A stretch of DNA of 24,560 nt, from contig MGNZ01000136.1 of assembly GCA_001795235.1 (NCBI GenBank), positions 1-24,560 of the forward strand. Reading direction: 5' to 3'. The position numbers and the translations under genes were made by a program. The DNA is from Chloroflexi bacterium RBG_16_64_32. Its GTDB lineage: Bacteria > Chloroflexota > Dehalococcoidia > SM23-28-2 > RBG-16-64-32. Shown one piece after another: positions 14,751 to 21,980 of this stretch. Each line of letters opens with the position of its first letter. The first letter of the stretch is position 1. The notes beneath the pieces are model-generated. The model searched no databases. It was given only the letters and a program-made list of their open reading frames with translations, and had not been told where the DNA came from.

Positions 14751-15281
14751 ATGCGATTTCGCGTTTCCCAAGAGTTGCGCCAGGCCGTCGGAACGGAGTT
14801 CTCCCTTGAGCTCCGGCGAGGGAGTCTATTCCTGGACGACCAGGTCGCCCTCTCCGACCTGGAGGGCAGTGCGCGCCTCCTCAGGACTGACCGCGGCCTC
14901 CTTGTCAGCGTGCGCGCCCGCGCCCTCATCGGCGGCACGTGCAGCCGCTGTGTGAGCCCTTTGCAGTCGCCCATCGAATTCAATCTTGAGGAGGAGTTCA
15001 TCCCCATCGTGGATCCGGTCTCCGGCGCACACATCACTGCCGCCGAGGCAGAGGAGAGCTTCGTCATCGACGCCGGGCTAACGCTGGACCTGGGCGAGGC
15101 CCTCCGCCAATATGCGCTCATCTCTTCGCCCAGCAAACCGCTCTGCCGGCCGGACTGTGCCGGCATCTGCCCCACATGCGGGGCCAATCTAAACGATGGC
15201 CGTTGCACCTGCCCTCCGCGGATAGACGCGGGGTGGGAGGCCCTCGCCGCCATCAACACCAATGACCAGGAAGGGAGTTGA
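14751..15281 (+). CDS. yceD: YceD/DUF177 family protein
   Basis: CSRC, LCRPDCAGICPTCGANLN...C.C, D..W..L; immediately upstream of rpmF. Confidence 0.9.
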   Translation: MRFRVSQELRQAVGTEFSLELRRGSLFLDDQVALSDLEGSARLLRTDRGLLVSVRARALIGGTCSRCVSPLQSPIEFNLEEEFIPIVDPVSGAHITAAEAEESFVIDAGLTLDLGEALRQYALISSPSKPLCRPDCAGICPTCGANLNDGRCTCPPRIDAGWEALAAINTNDQEGS

Positions 15282-15284
15282 CGG

Positions 15285-15494
15285 ATGCCCCCTCAGCCGA
15301 AGAAGAAGACCTCCAAGTCGCGCCAGGGGCGAAGACGGGCCCATCTGTCCTTGGTCGCGCCGCACTTGGTCGTCTGTCTCCAGTGCCGCTCGCCGCGGCC
15401 CTCGCACCAGGTGTGCCCCGTCTGCGGTACCTATCGCCGCCGCGATGTCTTGAACGTAGCCGCTCGTGCAGCCCGCCGCTCCGGCGGCCAGTAG
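15285..15494 (+). CDS. rpmF: 50S ribosomal protein L32 (Zn-binding form)
   Basis: MPPQPKKKTSKSRQGRRRAH, CLQC...HQVCPVCGTY. Confidence 0.96.
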   Translation: MPPQPKKKTSKSRQGRRRAHLSLVAPHLVVCLQCRSPRPSHQVCPVCGTYRRRDVLNVAARAARRSGGQ

Positions 15495-15524
15495 AGGCGC
15501 GGCTTCTCTGCCATCAGGATCTCG

Positions 15525-15533
15525 TGCTATACT
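15525..15533 (+). promoter_or_regulatory. Extended -10 promoter (TG-C-TATACT)
   Basis: In the rpmF-15565 gap, upstream of the small ORF and fabD. Confidence 0.5.
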
Positions 15534-15564
15534 TCGCCTGGCCACGTAGGACTGTGCTTCAAAC

Positions 15565-15762
15565 ATGCGACGTAGACTAGCTATCATCCTCCTGCCGTTG
15601 AGCCTTATCCTTGCCGGCGCCGCTGCCGTTACCTACTTCGTCTGGTGGGACGCCACTCACTGCACGTTCTGCCGCGAGCGGCTGGACGAATTGGGGCGCT
15701 GTCCCAACCCGGACTGCCACCTGGGACGGCTCACCAAGGAGCTAGAAGGTCAGGAGGCCTAG
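15565..15762 (+). CDS. Small membrane-anchored hypothetical protein (65 aa) with CxxC...CxxxxC
   Basis: Basic N-terminus, hydrophobic helix (LAIILLPLSLILAGAAAVTYFVWW), then HCTFC...CPNPDCH. Confidence 0.7.
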   Translation: MRRRLAIILLPLSLILAGAAAVTYFVWWDATHCTFCRERLDELGRCPNPDCHLGRLTKELEGQEA

Positions 15763-15771
15763 GGACGCCCC

Positions 15772-16755
15772 ATGCCTCAGGCGTCGTCAGCACTCGCCTC
15801 GCATCTCAACGATGGGCTCCGCTCCGCACCCCGAGACGCCAGCCTGGCCATCATCTTTCCCGGCCAAGGCTCCCATCAGGTGGGGGCAGGACGCGATCTC
15901 TATGACGCATACCCCCTGGCCAGAGAGGTCTTCCGGCGGGCCGATGAGACCCTGGCCATCCCCCTGACAAAACTTTGCTTCGAGGGCCCGGAAGACCATC
16001 TGCGCGACACAGCCAACGCCCAGCCGGCGATCCTCACGGTCTCCCTTGCCTGCTTGGCCGCCGCCCTGGAGAGCGGCGCCCTGCGGCGGCAACCCGCCTT
16101 CGTGGCCGGACACAGCCTGGGCGAGTTCTCAGCCCTCGTTGCCGCCGGCGCCCTGGACCTCGAGGACGCGCTCTCCCTGGTCGCTACCAGGGGACGCCTC
16201 ATGCGAGACGCCTCCCAGAGGCGCCCTGGGACGATGGCGGCCCTCATCGGCCTCAGTGACGCGGCGCTGGACGAGGTCTGCCGGGACTCAGGGGTCGAGC
16301 CCTGCAACTACAACTCCCCGTCGCAGGTGGTGATCGGCGGTCCGGTGGCCGCCGTGGAGAAGGCGTCACGCCTGGCCAAGGAGCGCGGGGCACGAGCCCT
16401 GCCCCTCAACGTCTCCGGCGCGTTCCACACGTCGCTCATGGAGCCCGCCGCTCAGGGGTTCGCCGCCGCCGTCGATGTTTGCCCCATCCGTGATCCGTCC
16501 ATCCCCATCGTCGCCAACGCCACCGCCGAGCCCCTGACCACCGCCGCCGCCGTCCGCCAGGAGCTGCGGCAGCAGATCATCCGGCCTGTCCTATGGCGCC
16601 AATCCGTACTGAAGATGACCTCAGCCGGCGTCACCACCTTCGTAGAAGCCGGCCCCGGACGCGTCCTCAGCGGCCTTGTCAAGCGGGCCGGGCGCGGCCT
16701 CACAACCCTGAGCCTGGACAGCGCGGACTCCCTGGACACACTGAGACATGCTTGA
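15772..16755 (+). CDS. fabD: Malonyl-CoA:ACP transacylase
   Basis: FPGQGS, QPAIL, GHSLGEFSAL, VSGAFH, EAGPGRVLSGL; exact start uncertain. Confidence 0.95.
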   Translation: MPQASSALASHLNDGLRSAPRDASLAIIFPGQGSHQVGAGRDLYDAYPLAREVFRRADETLAIPLTKLCFEGPEDHLRDTANAQPAILTVSLACLAAALESGALRRQPAFVAGHSLGEFSALVAAGALDLEDALSLVATRGRLMRDASQRRPGTMAALIGLSDAALDEVCRDSGVEPCNYNSPSQVVIGGPVAAVEKASRLAKERGARALPLNVSGAFHTSLMEPAAQGFAAAVDVCPIRDPSIPIVANATAEPLTTAAAVRQELRQQIIRPVLWRQSVLKMTSAGVTTFVEAGPGRVLSGLVKRAGRGLTTLSLDSADSLDTLRHA

Positions 16756-17494
16756 CCTTACGGGCCGCGCCGCCCTCGTCACGGGCGCCTCCCGCGGCAT
16801 CGGGCGCGCCATCGCCCTTCAGCTCGCCCGGCAGGGCGCATCCATCGCCATCAACTACCTCAGTAACGAGGCTGCTGCCAAGGGGGTGCAGGAGACGATA
16901 AGCTCCTATGAGGGTCAGGCAATCCTAGTCCAGGGTGATATCAGCGCGCCCGAGCAGGCGGATCGAGTGGTGGAAACGGCCCATGACGCGTTTGGGCGGC
17001 TTGATATTCTGGTCAACAACGCCGGATTCAACCGTGACACGCTACTCCTCCGCATGTCTGTACAGGACTGGGACGAGGTTATGGCCACCAATCTGCGCGG
17101 GGCATTTCTCTGCACCAGGGCGGCGCTGCGGTACATGCTGCGCCAGCGCTGGGGGCGGATAGTGAACATCGGCAGCGTGTCCGGCATCGCCGGCAACGCG
17201 GGGCAGGCCAATTACGCGGCGGCCAAAGCGGGGCTCACCGGCTTCACCAAGGCCGTCGCACGTGAGATGGGCTCCCGCGGCATAACCGCCAACGTCATCG
17301 CTCCCGGCCTGGTGAGAACGGAGCTCACGGAAGACATACACCAGCAGATCGTCGAGACGGCGATGCAGCGCATATTCGTGGGCCGCCTGGGTACGCCCGA
17401 AGACATCGCCGCCTGCGTCGCGTTCCTCGCCTCCGAGGAGGCCTCGTACATCAGCGGGCAGGTCCTGCCGGTCGACGGAGGGCTGGGGAACTAG
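16748..17494 (+). CDS. fabG: 3-oxoacyl-ACP reductase
   Basis: TGASRGIG, NNAG, GNAGQANYAAAK, ISGQVL.VDGG. Confidence 0.95.
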   Translation: MLDLTGRAALVTGASRGIGRAIALQLARQGASIAINYLSNEAAAKGVQETISSYEGQAILVQGDISAPEQADRVVETAHDAFGRLDILVNNAGFNRDTLLLRMSVQDWDEVMATNLRGAFLCTRAALRYMLRQRWGRIVNIGSVSGIAGNAGQANYAAAKAGLTGFTKAVAREMGSRGITANVIAPGLVRTELTEDIHQQIVETAMQRIFVGRLGTPEDIAACVAFLASEEASYISGQVLPVDGGLGN

Positions 17495-17496
17495 CC

Positions 17497-17910
17497 ATGG
17501 CTGGCAAGAGGCGCAAGGCCCGCATCGTCGCCCTCAAGACCCTCTTCGAGATCGACTCCGTGAGTCACTCGCCGGAGCAAATCCTAGAGCGGCTAAGGGA
17601 GGAGCTTCCCCTCCCGGATGACGCCGCGGAGTTCGCCCGCGACCTCGTCCACGGGGTGATCGAGAATCGCAAACGCCTGGACGATATAATTCGCAAGAAC
17701 GCCCCCGCCTGGCCTCTGGAGCAGGTGGCTGCCATCGACCGCAATATCCTGAGGCTTGCGATCTACGAGATCGTCATCGATAATAGGGTGCCGATGCGCG
17801 CAGCCATCAACGAAGCCATCGAGCTCGCTAAGGAGTTCGGTGGTGAGGCATCACCTAAATTCGTCAACGGAGTTCTCGGTTCAGTAGCGGCGACGGGCAC
17901 AAGGAGGTGA
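17497..17910 (+). CDS. nusB: Transcription antitermination factor NusB
   Basis: RRKARIVALKTLFE, IDRNILRLAIYE, AINEAIELAKEFG, FVNGVL. Confidence 0.96.
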   Translation: MAGKRRKARIVALKTLFEIDSVSHSPEQILERLREELPLPDDAAEFARDLVHGVIENRKRLDDIIRKNAPAWPLEQVAAIDRNILRLAIYEIVIDNRVPMRAAINEAIELAKEFGGEASPKFVNGVLGSVAATGTRR

Positions 17911-17913
17911 CAG

Positions 17914-18180
17914 TTGGCAACCGTCTTTGAGCGGGTACGCAAGATTATCGTGGAGCAACTGGGGGTGGACGAAGGCGATGTAGCCCCTGCAACTTCCTTT
18001 GTTGACGACCTGAACGCCGACTCGTTGGACCTGGTGGAGCTCATCATGGCGATGGAGGAGGAGTTCAGCAACGAAGGCAAGGGGATGGAGATCTCGGACG
18101 AGGACGCCGAGAAGATCGCCACCGTCCAGGACGCCGTAAACTACATCATGGAGCAGGGGATCGCCGAGGACGAATCTTAG
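17914..18180 (+). CDS. acpP: Acyl carrier protein
   Basis: [19 protein letters not shown] phosphopantetheine motif; TTG start after SD AGGAGG. Confidence 0.96.
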   Translation: MATVFERVRKIIVEQLGVDEGDVAPATSFVDDLNADSLDLVELIMAMEEEFSNEGKGMEISDEDAEKIATVQDAVNYIMEQGIAEDES

Positions 18181-18206
18181 CGGCCGCCAGCCGAATCGCA
18201 CGTTCA

Positions 18207-18236
18207 AGGCCCCACCGCTCGGTGGGGCCTCTTTTG
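18207..18236 (+). terminator. Intrinsic terminator after acpP
   Basis: AGGCCCCACC-GCTC-GGTGGGGCCT followed by CTTTTG. Confidence 0.8.
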
Positions 18237-18276
18237 CCTCGCGTATAATGGAATTGACGGTCTCTATCAAGAGCGA

Positions 18277-18678
18277 ATGAGCATGGACTTCCTGGGAATT
18301 GGCCTGCCGGAGATAGTCCTCATCCTTATCGTCGCCGTCATCGTGGTCGGCCCCAAGCGCTTGCCGGAGGTCGCCGTCCAACTGGCCCGCGTAATCCGCC
18401 AGTTGCGCGGTTACGCCACCGACGTCACGTCACAGATGCGGACCGAGATCGATGAGCTCACCCGGGAGTACGAGCAGGTACGCAAGGAGCTGCAGGAGGT
18501 CCGTGATTCCACCTCCAAGGACATTGAGTCCGTGACTCGGGAGGTCGACCGCACCGTGAGTGCGGTCGACAAGTCCATTCGCGAGGCGCCGGCGATCATC
18601 GAGTCCAGCGCCGAGGAGAAGCCTCGGACACCGCCCTCTCCCCCAAAGGAGGAGACCGCGTCAGATGACGGCTCCTAG
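18277..18678 (+). CDS. tatB: Twin-arginine translocase subunit TatB (TatA/B family)
   Basis: GIGLPEIVLILIVAVIVVGPKRLPE, amphipathic helix and long charged tail; precedes tatC. Start could be the ATG at 18283. Confidence 0.82.
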   Translation: MSMDFLGIGLPEIVLILIVAVIVVGPKRLPEVAVQLARVIRQLRGYATDVTSQMRTEIDELTREYEQVRKELQEVRDSTSKDIESVTREVDRTVSAVDKSIREAPAIIESSAEEKPRTPPSPPKEETASDDGS

Positions 18679-18717
18679 CGCTGCCTTCCCTCGCTTCCAC
18701 ATGGCGGCAACCCCAGA

Positions 18718-19497
18718 ATGACCCAAGCCGCCCCCCCAGAACCTGCGAGCGAAGCCCCCGAAGAGGTCTCCACCGAGCGCTACATGACGTTGCTGGAGCA
18801 CCTGGAGGAACTCCGCTTTCGCCTGTTTATCTCCGCGCTCTTCATCGTTATCGGCCTTGGCATATCGGTGTACTTCGGACAAGACATCATCGAATTCCTG
18901 AAGAAGCCCGCCGAGGCGCGCAACCCCAACTCCGAGTTCGAACTTCAGTTCATCGAGCCCTTCGAGCTTTTCGTCACCTACTTCCGCGTGTCTCTCCTGG
19001 GGGGCCTCATCCTGGGCATGCCCATGATGGTCTACCAGGGGCTCCGGTTCGTCTCCCCCGGCCTCGCCTCCAACGAGCGCCGCTGGCTGTACGCCACCGT
19101 GTTCGGCACCTTTCTGCTGTTCCTGGGCGGCGTGGCATTCGCATACTACGTGGCCCTGCCGCCGGCCATGGACTTTCTGCTGAACTTCGGCGACGGTGAA
19201 ATCGCCCAGCCCAACATCCGGGTGGGCAGCTACGTCGACTTCGTGACTCGCCTGCTATTCTGGACCGGCGTCGCCTTCCAGACGCCCCTGGTGGTGATGT
19301 ACCTCTCCCGCTTCGGCATCGTCACCCCCGGCCAGCTCCTGCGCTGGTGGCGCTTCGCCCTCGTAGCCGCCTTTGTCGTCGCCGCCATCGTCACCCCTAC
19401 TATCGATCCCGTAACCCAATCGCTGGTGGCCGGCCCCATCATCGTCCTCTACTTTCTGGGAATCATCCTGGGCGTCCTCGTGCGACGCAGCCGGTAA
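18718..19497 (+). CDS. tatC: Twin-arginine translocase subunit TatC
   Basis: MTLLEHLEELRFRL, FVSPGL...ERR, six hydrophobic segments, AAIVTPTIDP.TQ. Confidence 0.96.
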   Translation: MTQAAPPEPASEAPEEVSTERYMTLLEHLEELRFRLFISALFIVIGLGISVYFGQDIIEFLKKPAEARNPNSEFELQFIEPFELFVTYFRVSLLGGLILGMPMMVYQGLRFVSPGLASNERRWLYATVFGTFLLFLGGVAFAYYVALPPAMDFLLNFGDGEIAQPNIRVGSYVDFVTRLLFWTGVAFQTPLVVMYLSRFGIVTPGQLLRWWRFALVAAFVVAAIVTPTIDPVTQSLVAGPIIVLYFLGIILGVLVRRSR

Positions 19498-19648
19498 AAC
19501 GTCGAGATTCGTTGCCCGACGTTCCTGGCGGAATCCCAGATGGACGCCTCTGCCGGTCCTCGAGAGCGCAGATGGCAGGGACATTGGCGGCACGGATGGC
19601 AAGTGGCGCGACATAAAAGGATGAAACACTATCCTTGAACGATTTTCA

Positions 19649-19678
19649 TTGACCTCTGTCCAGCGCCGGTGCTATCAT
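19649..19678 (+). promoter_or_regulatory. Promoter of udg-rnj-ftsK
   Basis: TTGACC (19649-19654), 18-nt spacer, TG-C-TATCAT (19670-19678). Confidence 0.6.
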
Positions 19679-19689
19679 CCCCACGACTC

Positions 19690-20298
19690 ATGAGCGAGCT
19701 CGAAGAGCTGCACCGGCGCATCGCTTCCTGCCCCGACTGCGGCCTCTGCCGCACCCGCACCCACGCCGTCCCCGGTGAAGGCCCGCCCGACGCGGAAGTG
19801 CTTTTCGTTGGTGAGGCGCCTGGCTTCAACGAGGATCAGCAGGCCCGCCCCTTCGTCGGGCCGGCAGGCCGCTTCCTGGACGAGCTCATCGCCTCCATCG
19901 GCCTGCGGCGGGATCAGGTGTTTATCGCCAACGTCATCAAGTGCCGCCCCCCCAACAACCGCGACCCGCTTCCCGGCGAGATCGACGCCTGCCGCAAGTA
20001 CCTGGAGCAACAGATCGAGATCATCCGACCGAAGGTCGTCGTCAGCCTGGGCCGCTACTCCCTGGCCTGGTTCTCGCCGCGGGACACAATCAGCAAGGTG
20101 CACGGCCAAGCCCAGGTGAAAGACGGCGCCTACTTCGTTCCCATGTACCACCCTGCGGCGGCCCTCCACGCCGGCAGCATGCGTAAAGTGATCGAAGAAG
20201 ACTTCCGGAATATACCCGCGGTCATGGAACTGGCTCGCCAGTCGCCCCCGGTACAGGTTGCCCAGGAGCCTGAACCGGAGCAGATGCGGCTCTTCTGA
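19690..20298 (+). CDS. udg: Uracil-DNA glycosylase, family 4 (Fe-S type)
   Basis: CPDCGLC...C Fe-S ligands, GEAPG..ED...PFVGPAG, NVIKCRPPNNRDP, YHPAAALH. Confidence 0.95.
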   Translation: MSELEELHRRIASCPDCGLCRTRTHAVPGEGPPDAEVLFVGEAPGFNEDQQARPFVGPAGRFLDELIASIGLRRDQVFIANVIKCRPPNNRDPLPGEIDACRKYLEQQIEIIRPKVVVSLGRYSLAWFSPRDTISKVHGQAQVKDGAYFVPMYHPAAALHAGSMRKVIEEDFRNIPAVMELARQSPPVQVAQEPEPEQMRLF

Positions 20299-20302
20299 GC
20301 AG

Positions 20303-21970
20303 ATGGCTGACAAGCTCCGCGTAATCCCCCTGGGCGGGCTGGGGGAGATTGGCAAGAACATGATGGTCTTCGAGCTTGGCGAAGACCTCATCATAGTCGA
20401 TGCCGGGCTCATGTTCCCTGAAGAGGAGATGCTAGGCGTTGACCTGGTCATCCCCGATGTCTCTTATGTCACCAACCGCATTAACAAGCTCCGCGGCATC
20501 GTGATCACCCACGGGCACGAGGACCATACGGGCGCTCTACCCTACATCCTGCCCCAACTGCGCCTTCCCAACGGCAAGACCCCACCCATCTACTGCACCC
20601 GCCTCACCCACGGCCTGATCTCCGTCAAGCTACAGGAGCACAAGCTCGACAAACACACATCCTTGCACATGGTCCGGGTGGGGGAAACGATCCGCCTCGG
20701 CAAGTTTGAGGTCGAGTTCGTGGGCGTGACGCACAGCATACCGGACTCAGCCGGCCTGGCCATCCGCACTGCAGTGGGCAACATCTTCCACACCGGCGAC
20801 TTCAAGCTGGACCATACTCCCGTCATGGGGGAGCCAACGGATCTCCACCGCATCTCCGAACTGGGGCGCGAAGGAGTCCTCCTGCTGCTCTCTGACTCAA
20901 CGTACGCTGAGACGCCCGGCTACACACCATCCGAATACGTGGTGGGCGACGCGCTGGAGCAGATTATGGCCCATTCCCCGGGAAGGGTCATCGTCGCCAC
21001 TTTCGCCTCTCTGATTTCCCGCGTGCAGCAGATTATCGACGCCTCCTCCGCCTGCGGCCGCCACGTGTTCGTCACCGGTCGCAGCATGATGGACAACGTC
21101 AGGATGGCCCTCAAGCAGAAGTACCTGTCGGCCCCGGAGGATATCCTCGCTCCCTTGGACCGGATGCAGGGCCTGCCGGCGGAACAGGTCACCATCATCA
21201 CCACCGGCGCCCAAGGCGAGCCCACCTCCGCCCTGGTGCGCATGGCCAACCGCGACCACCGGCACATCGAAATCTTGAAAGGAGACACGGTGGTCCTCTC
21301 TTCCTCTCCCATCCCCGGCAACGAGCTCCTCATCAACCGCACCGTAGATAACCTCTACCGTCTGGGAGCAAGCGTGCTTTACAGCCGCATCGCCAACGTT
21401 CACGTGCACGGGCACGCAGCGCAAGAGGAACTCAAGGTCATGCTGAGCCTCGTTAAGCCTCAGTACTTCGTTCCGGTCCACGGCGAATATCGTCACCTCG
21501 TGATGCACGCCGGCATTGCGCGGGCGATGGGGGTGGCGGAGGAAAACGCCTTTGTGCTGGAGGACGGCGATATCCTGGAGGTCGACCGTCACGGCGCTAA
21601 GGTCGTCGGCCGCACGCCGGCCGACTACGTGTACGTGGACGGACTGGACGTAGGCCTCGATCACGTCGTTTTGCGAGACCGCCGCCACCTCGCCAGCGAC
21701 GGCGTCATCGTCGCCATAGTCACCATCGACAGGCATACGGGTAAACCTATCGGCCGCCCCGACGTTGTATCAAGGGGATTCATCGAGGCGGAGATGTCGG
21801 ACAGTCTTATGGAAAGAGCGGGAGACGTCATACTGGCTGCGCTGGCCGGCGCGGAGCACGTCGCCGACAGAGGCGACTTCAGCGCCCGCGTGCACCAGTC
21901 GCTCTCCCGCTTTCTGTATGACGAGACTCACCGCCGCCCCATGGTCCTTCCCCTGAGCGTCGAGGTGTAA
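20303..21970 (+). CDS. rnj: Ribonuclease J
   Basis: IPLGGLGEIGKNM, THGHEDH, THSIPDS, HTGDFKLD, GAQGEP, HVHGHA, PVHGE; start at ATG 20303. Confidence 0.96.
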   Translation: MADKLRVIPLGGLGEIGKNMMVFELGEDLIIVDAGLMFPEEEMLGVDLVIPDVSYVTNRINKLRGIVITHGHEDHTGALPYILPQLRLPNGKTPPIYCTRLTHGLISVKLQEHKLDKHTSLHMVRVGETIRLGKFEVEFVGVTHSIPDSAGLAIRTAVGNIFHTGDFKLDHTPVMGEPTDLHRISELGREGVLLLLSDSTYAETPGYTPSEYVVGDALEQIMAHSPGRVIVATFASLISRVQQIIDASSACGRHVFVTGRSMMDNVRMALKQKYLSAPEDILAPLDRMQGLPAEQVTIITTGAQGEPTSALVRMANRDHRHIEILKGDTVVLSSSPIPGNELLINRTVDNLYRLGASVLYSRIANVHVHGHAAQEELKVMLSLVKPQYFVPVHGEYRHLVMHAGIARAMGVAEENAFVLEDGDILEVDRHGAKVVGRTPADYVYVDGLDVGLDHVVLRDRRHLASDGVIVAIVTIDRHTGKPIGRPDVVSRGFIEAEMSDSLMERAGDVILAALAGAEHVADRGDFSARVHQSLSRFLYDETHRRPMVLPLSVEV

Positions 21971-21980
21971 CCGAATCCGT

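Noticed and set aside
14791-14801. GAAC-GGA-GTTC as a Gram-positive/Chloroflexi-type LexA box
   Set aside because: Spacer is 3 rather than 4 nt and the site lies inside yceD coding sequence.
17497-17910. nusB between fabG and acpP as novel
   Set aside because: I recall this order from Dehalococcoidia genomes (not verified here); treated as lineage-typical.
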